From: a virus | Taxonomy: Duplodnaviria; Caudoviricetes | Virus record (IMG/VR): IMGVR_UViG_3300030493_000049 | Coordinates: 1-28,174 of that record | Direction: 5' to 3' (one strand) | DNA: 28,174 nt | Part shown: positions 15,819-24,841 of the stretch, in pieces | Position numbering within the stretch: position 1 is the stretch's first letter | Layout of the letters: every line of letters starts with the position of its first letter | The notes under the pieces: generated by a model | What the model saw: the letters and a program-made list of their open reading frames with translations, nothing else | Told to the model about the DNA's origin: nothing | Database searches by the model: none | Position numbers and translations under genes: made by a program

Positions 15819-17321
15819 ATGCCATCCCTCTTATCGAGTGTCCGCACCAAGATAGCCAAAGCCATCCTACCGCAACCTCAGCGCCGTTACCCTGAGTATC
15901 GTCCCTCAGTCGGCCCCTCAGTAGGGCGGTCCGGTCTCAGGATGTTTTACCCTGGCTGGATCAGGGACGAAAGGCTCCTGGAACTGCAAGGCCGGAGAAA
16001 GTATCTCGTCTACAAAGAGATGGGCGACATGAACGGCTATTGTGCCGCCTCTCTTAATGCGTTCGCCATGTTCCTTCGCCGGGCTGACTGGCGAGTCGAT
16101 CCCGTGTCTGATGACAACAAGACCAATGGGTCTGCGGAGTTCCTTGAAAGCTGCATGGATGACATGGAGCACTCCTGGAGGACATTCATAGCCATAGCGT
16201 CCCGGATGGTCCCGCAGCATGGGTTTTGTCCATTCGAGAAGTCGTTCAAAATTCGCTCAGGTGACAACGACGACCCCGCACTATCGAGCAAGTTCGACGA
16301 CGGTAAGATAGGATGGAGCAGCTTCTCCGTCCGGGCTCCTGAGACGGTCTTTCATTGGGTCTGGTATCCGGAGAACCCCAATAGGCTCAGAGGCCTGGTC
16401 CAGCTCACCCCCCCAGACTACCCGCCAGACCTCTACATCCCAGTTGAAAAGCTCATAATCCTCCGAGCCGAGCCCGGCGAGGAGAACCCCGAAGGCAGAT
16501 CAGTCCTGCGGTCCAGCTACAAGCCTTTCATGACGATCAAGTTCATGGAAGATGCCAGGAACGTCATCATCGAGCATGCCGGTACGGGCACACCTATGGC
16601 CACAGTCCCGCCAAACATCAGCAATCCTTATGTGGTGGACAAAGACACCGGGGAGGTCCTGTTGAATGAAGACGGCTCGCCTCAAGTCGATCTGGTAGCT
16701 CTGGACACTCTGAACAGCCTCAAGACAGTCCTGCAGAACATGAGGCTCAACGAGGAGCCTTACCTCATAGTCCCGGCTCAGTTCGATGAGAAAGGAAATA
16801 AGTTGTTTGACATTTCCTATCTGACCAACAACGGCGGGGCCATGATAGGCGACATCAACAACACGATTCACGAGGAGGGGCTGAAGATCCTCATGTCTAC
16901 CATGACTGAGTTCCTGGCCCTCGGAACCAACGCTACAGGCGGCGGGTCGTTTGCCCTTTCCCGGGACAAGACGGACAACTTCAGCCTGGCCATAACGTCT
17001 TACCTCGATAGTTTCCAGGAGTCCATCAACTCCCAGGCAGTCAGACAGCTTTTCAGGCTCAACCCGGAGTTCGATGGCCTGGAAGTCCTGCCTAAGATTG
17101 TTCACGACCCCATAATACCGATCAACATCAACGAGGTTATGGCCGTCCTGGGTGGCTTCAAATCTCATGGTTGGGACCTCACCAAAGAGGCCAACGCAGA
17201 GGAGATCAAGAACGCCGTTATGGACGCCGTGGGGCTGCCGAAAGCTGCCCAGAAGGATGCACCGGACGATTCCGGAGAGACAAAACCTAAAGATGATTCT
17301 GATGTCAAGATCCCTGCCTGA
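15819..17321 (+). CDS. Portal protein (DUF935/Mu gp29-like)
   Basis: Position after terL, ~500 aa, NPEGRSVLR and GGSFALS motifs. Confidence 0.88.
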   Translation: MPSLLSSVRTKIAKAILPQPQRRYPEYRPSVGPSVGRSGLRMFYPGWIRDERLLELQGRRKYLVYKEMGDMNGYCAASLNAFAMFLRRADWRVDPVSDDNKTNGSAEFLESCMDDMEHSWRTFIAIASRMVPQHGFCPFEKSFKIRSGDNDDPALSSKFDDGKIGWSSFSVRAPETVFHWVWYPENPNRLRGLVQLTPPDYPPDLYIPVEKLIILRAEPGEENPEGRSVLRSSYKPFMTIKFMEDARNVIIEHAGTGTPMATVPPNISNPYVVDKDTGEVLLNEDGSPQVDLVALDTLNSLKTVLQNMRLNEEPYLIVPAQFDEKGNKLFDISYLTNNGGAMIGDINNTIHEEGLKILMSTMTEFLALGTNATGGGSFALSRDKTDNFSLAITSYLDSFQESINSQAVRQLFRLNPEFDGLEVLPKIVHDPIIPININEVMAVLGGFKSHGWDLTKEANAEEIKNAVMDAVGLPKAAQKDAPDDSGETKPKDDSDVKIPA

Positions 17322-17325
17322 AGGT

Positions 17326-17439
17326 ATGACTGAAGAGGAATACATAGCACGCGGGGATGCAATGGCCCGCGGCAAAGCTCTTGTGGACGAGTGGGTTGAG
17401 CTAAAACGGCTCGGCCCGGAAGCTATGAGACATTGCTGA
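17326..17439 (+). CDS. Small hypothetical peptide (37 aa)
   Basis: MTEEEYIARGDAMARGKALVDEW immediately after the portal gene. Confidence 0.4.
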   Translation: MTEEEYIARGDAMARGKALVDEWVELKRLGPEAMRHC

Positions 17440-17500
17440 CACATTCGCCGCCTAAACCGATATATTTAACTTACAGGAAGTGCACTACAATCGAAGCGAC

Positions 17501-17983
17501 ATGACTTATAAAGTCCATATTATCTCGGATTTTTCAAAGGATAAAAAGCGAAATACTGCTTTATGCAACGGGGCGCGGATTTTAACGCCAATACGAAATG
17601 ACCAATTTTACCGTGAAGACTTCAGCTTAGATTGTGAAGAAGTTTGCTTATCATGTAGAAATTTGTATCTTAGCAATACCCCGCTGGTATTTGGTAAAAT
17701 CGATAAGCGCAGAATCATTAAAAAAAGACCTGATAAACTCGACTCGATTTTATACAACCTACTTAAAGCTCGACGAATATTAACAAAACAATTTAATAAT
17801 CGTCGTCATCGGCCTAAATACCATAAGCCCGCCGTTCCAAGAAGCTCTCCTGGAGATTATTTGCTTCAACACCCTGACTGTTATCTGGAAGAAGCTCGTG
17901 CCATGCTTATGGGCAAGCACTGGGAAGGCAAGAATCGATGTGTGAAATTGCCTGGCGATGATGGCGCGGATCGGACGACATGA
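17501..17983 (+). CDS. Basic hypothetical protein, AT-rich gene
   Basis: Own TATA-like TATATTTAA at ~17461; lower GC than flanking genes. Confidence 0.6.
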   Translation: MTYKVHIISDFSKDKKRNTALCNGARILTPIRNDQFYREDFSLDCEEVCLSCRNLYLSNTPLVFGKIDKRRIIKKRPDKLDSILYNLLKARRILTKQFNNRRHRPKYHKPAVPRSSPGDYLLQHPDCYLEEARAMLMGKHWEGKNRCVKLPGDDGADRTT

Positions 17984-18034
17984 CACCAGGCCGACGCCAA
18001 AAGCCATGAGATACTGTTGAAGGGGGCGAAAGTC

Positions 18035-18205
18035 ATGCCGTACATGTGCCCATTTACTCGCAGTAGTTGTACAGAGAAATGTCAGCTATGGGATTGTGGT
18101 GAAGAAGGTCTCTACAAACCCGGATGCGGATTGGTGCGCCGATCAGACAGAATGTTACCTCCTGCATACGCTTGTATCACAGATTATAGGAAAAAAATGA
18201 AATAA
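18035..18205 (+). CDS. Small Cys-rich protein
   Basis: CPF...CTEKCQLW...C pattern. Confidence 0.55.
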   Translation: MPYMCPFTRSSCTEKCQLWDCGEEGLYKPGCGLVRRSDRMLPPAYACITDYRKKMK

Positions 18206-18392
18206 TCAAGGGGCGCGCGAGAAAGCCTAAGCAGTTGCCTTTAGCTGAGGTAGAAGGGCGAACCTCAGAAGAGTTGATTCCTGGCTGAAGTCTTCAAGGG
18301 TGGATTGAACCCCGGACTCGTGTCTCTGGTAGGCTTTGAATCTCCACGGCTGAATCATATAGGTCTATATAGATTTTAGGTGATATAAATAT

Positions 18393-18707
18393 TTATGGTC
18401 TGTTCACTACTATGTCGCCTTCAGAGTATTTTAGCCCGCCAATCTGGCTCATCCAATCCTTCTCGATAACGATATAGAAGAATCGCAGAAGGTCTTGACT
18501 GAACGAAACGAACTCCGCACCCTGCTTAAAGATCTCCTCGGAATTGGCAAATGCTGCGCTGGCATCGTCAACCATCCAGGGATCTAGCTTGAACTCGGTG
18601 GAGTGGGAATTTATGAGGGCCCGGATATAATCACAGGCCCGCTCGTCCAGCTTGTTTTGCTTGATCGCCGTCTTGACCCATTCGGCTTTGTATGTGGTGT
18701 CAGTCAT
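18393..18707 (-). CDS. Hypothetical protein
   Basis: GGAGGTGA SD; last gene of the reverse-strand operon. Confidence 0.7.
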   Translation of the reverse strand: MTDTTYKAEWVKTAIKQNKLDERACDYIRALINSHSTEFKLDPWMVDDASAAFANSEEIFKQGAEFVSFSQDLLRFFYIVIEKDWMSQIGGLKYSEGDIVVNRP

Positions 18708-18711
18708 TGCT

Positions 18712-19158
18712 TCACCTCCTATTCAGGGATTGCCCCCTAACATCTCTTGGACATCCACGAGCGTCAAATATTATGCCCATCAAATCAGGTTGAATCACAA
18801 AAGGTTCGTATGCTAGATCGGGCAAGAGTGCGGGAGAATCGTCCTTATCAAAGAGGATCTCGTTGCTTTTGGACACGTCAATTGCTTCGGTCAGCCCATC
18901 GCTCCGAGAAAACCGGACCTCGCTTACAGTCAATCCAGACATCTTGCCGACCTGGTTATATCGCACACAGGCCGCTAGTATCGCCTCTTTGGCGGCGGCG
19001 AGGTCATCTCCGTGCTGTGCAACTTTGAATACATAATCCGGGAACTGTGCTGCCAGCTCTCGCTCAATCTCCTGCCTAATGCTTGGCGTTCCTTTTGTGG
19101 CACGATACCTGGCGCGCATTTGATCAATGGCGGCATCAATTTCGCTAGGAAGGCTCAT
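18712..19158 (-). CDS. Hypothetical protein
   Basis: GAGGTGA SD, ATGA overlap. Confidence 0.7.
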   Translation of the reverse strand: MSLPSEIDAAIDQMRARYRATKGTPSIRQEIERELAAQFPDYVFKVAQHGDDLAAAKEAILAACVRYNQVGKMSGLTVSEVRFSRSDGLTEAIDVSKSNEILFDKDDSPALLPDLAYEPFVIQPDLMGIIFDARGCPRDVRGQSLNRR

Positions 19159-19346
19159 CGCTTCACCTCAGCCGCCAAGCACGCTGGCAATCGTTCATAC
19201 GGCCAACTGTTATATTCCCCACTGCCCTTCAGCCGTTTATATCCGAAGGCGTTACAATAATGTCCGTCTTCATTATCCCTGAGATTACACGAGCCACACG
19301 TTTTATCCTCGCAGTCAATCTCAACTAATATCATTTTCTTGCTCAT
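19155..19346 (-). CDS. Small Cys-rich protein
   Basis: TCGSC...YCNAF...RLPAC; GGAGGTGA SD. Confidence 0.7.
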   Translation of the reverse strand: MSKKMILVEIDCEDKTCGSCNLRDNEDGHYCNAFGYKRLKGSGEYNSWPYERLPACLAAEVKR

Positions 19347-19363
19347 CGCTTCACCTCCAAGAA

Positions 19364-19573
19364 TTAGATAAATTCCAGTGCATCCAGATATACAGAATAA
19401 TACTCATCTTCATCAGAGCAATCAAATTTTACTTTAACAATCTCTGTGCCCGCTCCAATGTTGCTTAATAATTCGATTATGGTACCGTTGTGCGTTTTCC
19501 AAGAGCGGTCAATCAATCCACCTAACTTCCGAACTCGCATTCCTAAAAGCGTAGGGGTTTCATCCATCATCAC
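19364..19573 (-). CDS. Small SH3-like hypothetical protein
   Basis: GAGGTGA SD; LGMRVRK...GTII...VKVKFD beta-rich pattern. Confidence 0.6.
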   Translation of the reverse strand: MMMDETPTLLGMRVRKLGGLIDRSWKTHNGTIIELLSNIGAGTEIVKVKFDCSDEDEYYSVYLDALEFI

Positions 19574-19591
19574 TTCACCTCAATGCTGCCT

Positions 19592-19728
19592 TCAGAGTAT
19601 CCGGCCCCGGATGGGTACGAGTGTAATGTCGCAGTACTGACAATAATACCCCTTCATTTGTTTTCAAGATGTCTGCCACACTCAGGACATGCACGCTTAA
19701 TGTCGCTTTCAAAAAAATCACACATCAT
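19592..19728 (-). pseudogene. Zn-ribbon gene apparently split by a 1-nt frameshift
   Basis: ...CPECGRHLENK* then MKGYYCQYCD in the adjacent frame at GAAAACAAATGAAG. Confidence 0.4.
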
Positions 19729-19840
19729 CTTTCACCTTCTTGTCTTTCTTAGGCTTCTCAAGATATTGCTTGCACATCGGACACGCCCTTGGCTTCTCGA
19801 CGCGCGGCTGCCAGTCATAGCCGCAATGGGGGCAGATCAT
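19718..19840 (-). CDS. Small Zn-ribbon protein (40 aa)
   Basis: MICPHCGYDWQPRVEKPRACPMCK, a typical archaeal-virus Zn finger. Confidence 0.75.
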   Translation of the reverse strand: MICPHCGYDWQPRVEKPRACPMCKQYLEKPKKDKKVKDDV

Positions 19841-19968
19841 TCTTTTACCTCGTGTATATCCTCCTCATAAATGATCTTCTTTGGTTTTCTCGGTTCAATT
19901 ATAACGATCTCACCGTCTGAGTAGCGTGCATATGATCCGTCACTTCCGAAGCAGAACGCGATTGCCAT
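19837..19968 (-). CDS. Small hypothetical protein (43 aa)
   Basis: First ORF of the reverse operon, TATA-like TTATTAA ~25-30 nt upstream; ATGA overlap. Confidence 0.5.
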   Translation of the reverse strand: MAIAFCFGSDGSYARYSDGEIVIIEPRKPKKIIYEEDIHEVKE

Positions 19969-20088
19969 ATCTCTTAATTATGATCATATTCCTATTAATA
20001 AGTTCCGGTGCTCTTCATGAACATTTCAGTTGACCAAATCCACATGCCGCGCGCCGAGTCCGGGGTATCTCAAGCTTATGGTGGTCCT

Positions 20089-20880
20089 ATGCCAGTTCAA
20101 CGATGCACTTTCGAGGGTAAACCTGCATGGCGCTACGGCGGCTCAGGCAAGCCCTATACGTTTAATGCAGACGACCCGGAGTCTGAAAAACGAGCAAAAC
20201 AGAAAGCAATAGACCAGGGGTTAGCGATGACTAAAGGAACTCTCGATGATCTTAATAAAGACATTTTTGGATCTGAAGGCCCGAACGACCTAGACATTGC
20301 CCACACAAGGCTAATAGATGAGGCTCAGGGGGCTGCCTCATATCAGTCCGCTGCGGATCGTGCCACTGACCCGGATCTCAAGAAGCTTCTGCAAAAGCTC
20401 GCTTCGGACGAGCTGGGCCACACAAAAGAGCTTACTGACTATATTGAGTCTCATAGGCCAAAACCCTCAGAGGCGCAAAAGTCTGTGGCTGAAAAGAGTG
20501 CTGCAGGCCCGGTGAAGCGCATAGTAGTCCCCATTGCAAAAGTTATCGGTGATGTGGTTTACGGCGTGGTCGTCCATGCAAATAAGGTGGACCTACAAGG
20601 AGATATTATGTCTCCTGCAGATATCCGTAAAGCCATGCACCAGTTCATGGCAGAATCTAGGAAGATTAACAAAGACCACTCAGAGGACATAGACGCCTGT
20701 CCTGTCGAATGCTGGCAGGCCACAGAAAAAGGCTTTCTGGGCAGCTCCGAGTACGCCCCCGGCGACTGGCTAATGGGTACAAAAATATTAGATCCGAATG
20801 AGTTAGCAAAGGCCCGTGCCGGAGATTATAGATCTTACTCAATCGAGGGCTTTGGTGTGCGGGTGCCTACAGATTCTTAA
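20089..20880 (+). CDS. Prohead protease (XkdF-like) with N-terminal extension and half-ferritin-like domain
   Basis: VYGVVV...DLQGD...INKDH...SYSIEG (XkdF-like); DEAQGAASY...LASDELGH (E..ExxH). Confidence 0.8.
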   Translation: MPVQRCTFEGKPAWRYGGSGKPYTFNADDPESEKRAKQKAIDQGLAMTKGTLDDLNKDIFGSEGPNDLDIAHTRLIDEAQGAASYQSAADRATDPDLKKLLQKLASDELGHTKELTDYIESHRPKPSEAQKSVAEKSAAGPVKRIVVPIAKVIGDVVYGVVVHANKVDLQGDIMSPADIRKAMHQFMAESRKINKDHSEDIDACPVECWQATEKGFLGSSEYAPGDWLMGTKILDPNELAKARAGDYRSYSIEGFGVRVPTDS

Positions 20881-20978
20881 ATTCTTTTACTTGATGGCTA
20901 CTTGATTATTTAGGTTTTTGACGTTGAGTGCTAAATGTCTACTTTTCATCATGATAGGCCACCGGATGGTGTTTATTC

Positions 20979-21815
20979 ATGCCACAGCAGTTAACAAATT
21001 TTCGCGTTAACAAAGTATCCCTGGTCGAATGGGGGGCGAACGATGAGCCGATATCCTTCGAAAAGTCGGCTTCGTCTGGTAATGAAGTCCTAATTTTCAC
21101 ATCAGCTCAAACCAAAGGTGATGATTCCATGAAATTCATGAAAGAAGACGAGTCCTCGGAAGAGAAGAAAGACGAGGAGAAAAAAGAGGAAGAGAAAAAG
21201 GAAGAGGAGAAGAAAGAAGCCTCTGCCAAAACTCGCGTGAAGAAAGAAGACGAGTCCTCGGAAGAGAAGAAAGACGAGGAGAAAAAAGAGGAAGAGAAAA
21301 AGGAAGAGGAGAAGAAAGAAGCCTCTGCGCCTCCTGATTTCATCTCCAAGTCTGCCGTCGAGGCCATGATCACCAAGGCCGTAAGTGCTGCCGTTGGCCC
21401 GCTGGTCGAGAAAAACGCCGCTCTGGAGAAGTCTATCCAGATGGGCGTTTATGTCCAGAAGGCCGCTTCAGACATGCCTTCTCTGGGAGATCCTAAAGCA
21501 GTGGGGCCGATCCTCTACGAGATTGAGAAGTCCAACCTCCCCGCAGAGACCAAGACGCAGGTCCGGGATCTGCTGACCCGTGCAGATCGCCTGAACAAAG
21601 AGGCCATGCCGCTGCTCAGGAGAAGCATAGGCTACAACAACTCTGCCCTGGCTCCTGACGAATCCGCCACCAAGCAGATTGAAAAGCTTGCCAAGGAGTT
21701 CATCACCAAGTCGGGTAAGCCTATCGACCTCGCAATGGCCCGTGCAGAGATCCGCAAGCTCCATCCTGAACTCGCCAAAGCAGAACAGGACGAGTACAAC
21801 TCCGGGGTGGTGTAG
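20979..21815 (+). CDS. Capsid scaffolding protein
   Basis: KVSLVEWGAN N-terminus, E/K-rich low-complexity region, coiled coil, located upstream of the capsid genes. Confidence 0.75.
   Translation: MPQQLTNFRVNKVSLVEWGANDEPISFEKSASSGNEVLIFTSAQTKGDDSMKFMKEDESSEEKKDEEKKEEEKKEEEKKEASAKTRVKKEDESSEEKKDEEKKEEEKKEEEKKEASAPPDFISKSAVEAMITKAVSAAVGPLVEKNAALEKSIQMGVYVQKAASDMPSLGDPKAVGPILYEIEKSNLPAETKTQVRDLLTRADRLNKEAMPLLRRSIGYNNSALAPDESATKQIEKLAKEFITKSGKPIDLAMARAEIRKLHPELAKAEQDEYNSGVV
21140..21328 (+). repeat. Exact 87-bp in-frame duplication (period 102 nt)
   Basis: 21140-21226 = 21242-21328, encoding KEDESSEEKKDEEKKEEEKKEEEKKEASA twice. Confidence 0.9.
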
Positions 21816-22229
21816 ATGCCTCTCGCATATCATTACACCAGGCCTGTCTACACTGAAGAGGCCCAGCTCGGTTATCAAGGCTACTTCGTCTATCAGGTCA
21901 GCTATGTGCAGGGTCTCGGCGTCAAGGTCGCCAGGTGCGCCACAGGTGCCGAGAAAGCCATTGGAGTTATCCTGCGGGGTGGTGAGTACGCCGCCACTGG
22001 AGTCCCCCAGTCTCTCTCGATAGTCAAGCAGGGAGCCAGCATCCCGGTAATCGCCGGTGCAGGCGGTCTTGCAGTCGGTGATCTCGTTGCCCCTGCCGCA
22101 GGTGGTCGAGGTGTGGCTGTCACAGCAGACGGTGCAGGGTACAATGGCGTGTGCGTCAAGGCCGCCGATGAAGGCGATATCGCTTTGGTCGATGTTGAGC
22201 CATACGCTACAATCTCTGACCCCAGCTAA
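21816..22229 (+). CDS. Capsid decoration/cement protein (DUF2190-like)
   Basis: Gly/Ala/Val-rich, AIGV, GDLVAP..GRGV, AADEGD; immediately before the MCP gene. Confidence 0.75.
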   Translation: MPLAYHYTRPVYTEEAQLGYQGYFVYQVSYVQGLGVKVARCATGAEKAIGVILRGGEYAATGVPQSLSIVKQGASIPVIAGAGGLAVGDLVAPAAGGRGVAVTADGAGYNGVCVKAADEGDIALVDVEPYATISDPS

Positions 22230-22252
22230 ACTTTTTTAGGAGATGATAATTA

Positions 22253-23335
22253 ATGGTAGATGTTTTACCAAGGTCGGCCATAATTCATAAGGCTGGACCG
22301 GATCTGGATGTTTCCCAGATTCACGTAGCCCGTGCTGAAACTGACTGGTCCCACGCCTACATGAACTCTCAGAATGCGTTCGTGGCCAGACAGTGGATGC
22401 CCATATTCCCGGCAAGCCAGATCACCGGATATGTTTACAGGTGGAGAAAGGATACCTACTTCAGACGGTGGGCCGCAAAGTGGCAGCCCGGCACCTCTCC
22501 TGAGCAGGCCAGGATGAGCCTCGATGACAGGCTGTTCTATCAGCTCGACTGGACTGCCGTGCAGTACCCGTTGCCTTCTCACCTGATGGGCGTATCTGAC
22601 CCAGGCATTAACCTGGACCAGGCAAGCACCGCTCTCGTCACCAATACCCTGTTGCTTGAGCAGGAGTACGTCATAAGCCAGGCATTCTTCAAGGCCGGCG
22701 TGTGGGGACTCGACTATACCGGAGTGGACACTCCTGCGGAGGTTAGTGCCGCATCCAAGACGTTCCTCCAGTTTGATCAGCCCGGCAGCACCCCCAGAGA
22801 GATCTTCAAAGCCCTCAAGATCGTCCTCGACAGGACTTCGATGGAGCCTAATCTCTGCGTCATGAGCAAACCAGTCTTTGAGACACTGAGAATTCATCCC
22901 CAACTCCTCAACTGGTTCGCAAGCTACGCAACTCCTGGGGTTGCCCTTTCGGAGCTGTCTGAGGAGCTGGTGGCCCGTGCCCTTGGTCTGCCCAAGATCG
23001 TCGTAGCTGGTGCCAAGTACGCCACGTCCGACGAAGGCGCCGCCAGAGATGACATCACCCTGGACTACATATTCGATGATCAGGGTATCTGGCTGGGTCA
23101 CATCGACACACCCGGCCTGATGAGTGCCAATTCCGGTATGCTCATCAGCCAGAACTTCGATCAGTCCGTTCCTGGTGGTGTGGACCTGGCCCTTGAAAGA
23201 GTCCCGGACCTCGAAAAGCATGTTGAGCTAATTCAGGGCTTCCAATGCTACCAGCCGCTAATGGTTGGCAAGGATCTGGGCCTCTTCATGGCAAGCACTA
23301 TCAGCGCCGAAGCCGCCGCAGGCACCGCCTATTAG
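22253..23335 (+). CDS. Major capsid protein (HK97-fold, inferred)
   Basis: 360 aa, position, PNLCVMSKPVFETLRIHP motif, high-GC3 codon usage. Confidence 0.85.
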   Translation: MVDVLPRSAIIHKAGPDLDVSQIHVARAETDWSHAYMNSQNAFVARQWMPIFPASQITGYVYRWRKDTYFRRWAAKWQPGTSPEQARMSLDDRLFYQLDWTAVQYPLPSHLMGVSDPGINLDQASTALVTNTLLLEQEYVISQAFFKAGVWGLDYTGVDTPAEVSAASKTFLQFDQPGSTPREIFKALKIVLDRTSMEPNLCVMSKPVFETLRIHPQLLNWFASYATPGVALSELSEELVARALGLPKIVVAGAKYATSDEGAARDDITLDYIFDDQGIWLGHIDTPGLMSANSGMLISQNFDQSVPGGVDLALERVPDLEKHVELIQGFQCYQPLMVGKDLGLFMASTISAEAAAGTAY

Positions 23336-23375
23336 GCTCTGCCTTCTAAACCTTTTTTGGAAGGTGATATAGAAG

Positions 23376-24332
23376 ATGATCGAAAGACCTGATTATATGC
23401 TTCACAACACCCCCGGAGGCATGGCGGGCGTTTATAACCTCATGGTCCTGGGGCGGCTGAAGGCTGGGACGCTGTACCTGCAAAACTCTGCAGGTGAGTA
23501 TGTTGAAATCACCGCAACCCCGGAACAGCTCAATGCACTGGGTGAGCGTATCCTGGTGGCCAATAAGACAGGTAGCTCAATCACCGCAGGCTCGTTGGTC
23601 TACGTGAACGGCTATGATGCCACCCTGGACTGCCCGACAATTGCACTGGCTGACGCTAACGCCCAGAAGCCAACTCAGTACGTGGTGCCTGTAGCCATCG
23701 CAAACAACGCAAGCGGCTACGTCGAGGCCGAGTACACCATCACGGGCCTGAACACCAACAGCGCCTCGGCTGTGGGAGATCCTGTTTATCTCTCAGAGAC
23801 TCCGGGCGGCTGGACTCTCGTAGCGCCTACGGCGGCTGATAGTATCGTGCAGCCTATAGGTGTGGTGAAAGTCAAGAGTGCCACAGTAGGGGCCATACGG
23901 TTCTTCCCCGGAAAGTCGTTCATATCCTCGTTAGGGACCTCAAACCTTCAAAACCTGAGCGTGTCCCTGGCAAAGGTTGAGGCCCCGCTCACAAAAGGCA
24001 TCACCACCGTCCCGATGAGCTTTGAATCAGGAGAGCAGGCTGCAGTCAAGGTCTACTTCCCATTCAAAGTCACGATAAACAAGATTCGTGGGATTGTGAC
24101 CAAGGTCATAGGGGGAACTGATGACGGCACCATCACGGGAGCTAATGCAACTGGCAACAGTGCATCAGGCGTGGTTACTGCCGTGGCCTCTGATGCAATC
24201 AACACCGAGTACAGCGTCAGCCCCACCACGAACAACGTGGTTGAAGCAGACAGCTATTACAAGCTCACTGCGGCAAAAAGCACCGCGGGCGGCAAGGTGC
24301 TGATAACCGTTGAGTGGACCCGCACAGCATAA
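23376..24332 (+). CDS. Virion structural protein (capsid fiber/decoration-like)
   Basis: NKTGSSITAGSLVYV and GDPVYLSETPGG motifs; Thr/Ala/Gly-rich. Confidence 0.65.
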   Translation: MIERPDYMLHNTPGGMAGVYNLMVLGRLKAGTLYLQNSAGEYVEITATPEQLNALGERILVANKTGSSITAGSLVYVNGYDATLDCPTIALADANAQKPTQYVVPVAIANNASGYVEAEYTITGLNTNSASAVGDPVYLSETPGGWTLVAPTAADSIVQPIGVVKVKSATVGAIRFFPGKSFISSLGTSNLQNLSVSLAKVEAPLTKGITTVPMSFESGEQAAVKVYFPFKVTINKIRGIVTKVIGGTDDGTITGANATGNSASGVVTAVASDAINTEYSVSPTTNNVVEADSYYKLTAAKSTAGGKVLITVEWTRTA

Positions 24333-24385
24333 GCCGGCACCAATCCGGCTGATAATCTTTTTTGATAATAACTTTTGAGGTTCGC

Positions 24386-24838
24386 ATGACCGTTACCGAG
24401 CAGGATATCAGGGACGCGATTAACATCCCGGAGGCGTCTGAGTTATCGAGCGCCGTCATTCTAAGCGCCATTTCAAGGGCTACGGGATATATTACAGTCC
24501 TTCAAGAGAGATACGCCGCCCCGGCAGCGTTCTTTGTGCCCTGCGAGCAGGCTTATGCAAATTACCTGGCCTATCAGGCCTATGCAGATCGTGTCCTCAA
24601 CGTCCCGCCCGGTGCATACTCGGAGGGTCAATGGACTCCGATAGCTGAGGAGATTGTCAGGTCAACAGGTGACAAACTCCAGGGGCTCAGGCAGGTCTAT
24701 GAGGACTACGAGAAAATAATAAAATCCTACCCGGCGAGGCCCACGGGAACGTTTCACTCAAACACTTCTCTGAGACCTCCGAGGTTCCGATTAGGACAAT
24801 ATGATTATGATTGTATGGGGATGGTTCCGCCCATGTGA
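24386..24838 (+). CDS. Head-tail adaptor-like protein
   Basis: MTVTEQDIRDAI...ILSAISRATGYI helical pattern; position after the capsid genes. Confidence 0.6.
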   Translation: MTVTEQDIRDAINIPEASELSSAVILSAISRATGYITVLQERYAAPAAFFVPCEQAYANYLAYQAYADRVLNVPPGAYSEGQWTPIAEEIVRSTGDKLQGLRQVYEDYEKIIKSYPARPTGTFHSNTSLRPPRFRLGQYDYDCMGMVPPM

Positions 24839-24841
24839 GGA

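Noticed and set aside
16500-17444. 314-aa minus-strand ORF (also 22265-23221 and 25348-25836)
   Set aside because: Antisense shadows of high-GC3 portal, capsid and structural genes; no SD or motifs.
18298-18315. tRNA T-arm-like GGTTCAATCC on the minus strand
   Set aside because: No cloverleaf, D-arm or acceptor stem could be built.
21810-21820. In-frame TAG-ATG junction suggesting scaffold-decoration readthrough
   Set aside because: Abutting stop-start junctions also occur with TGA (2213) and TAA (5566), so this is ordinary gene packing.
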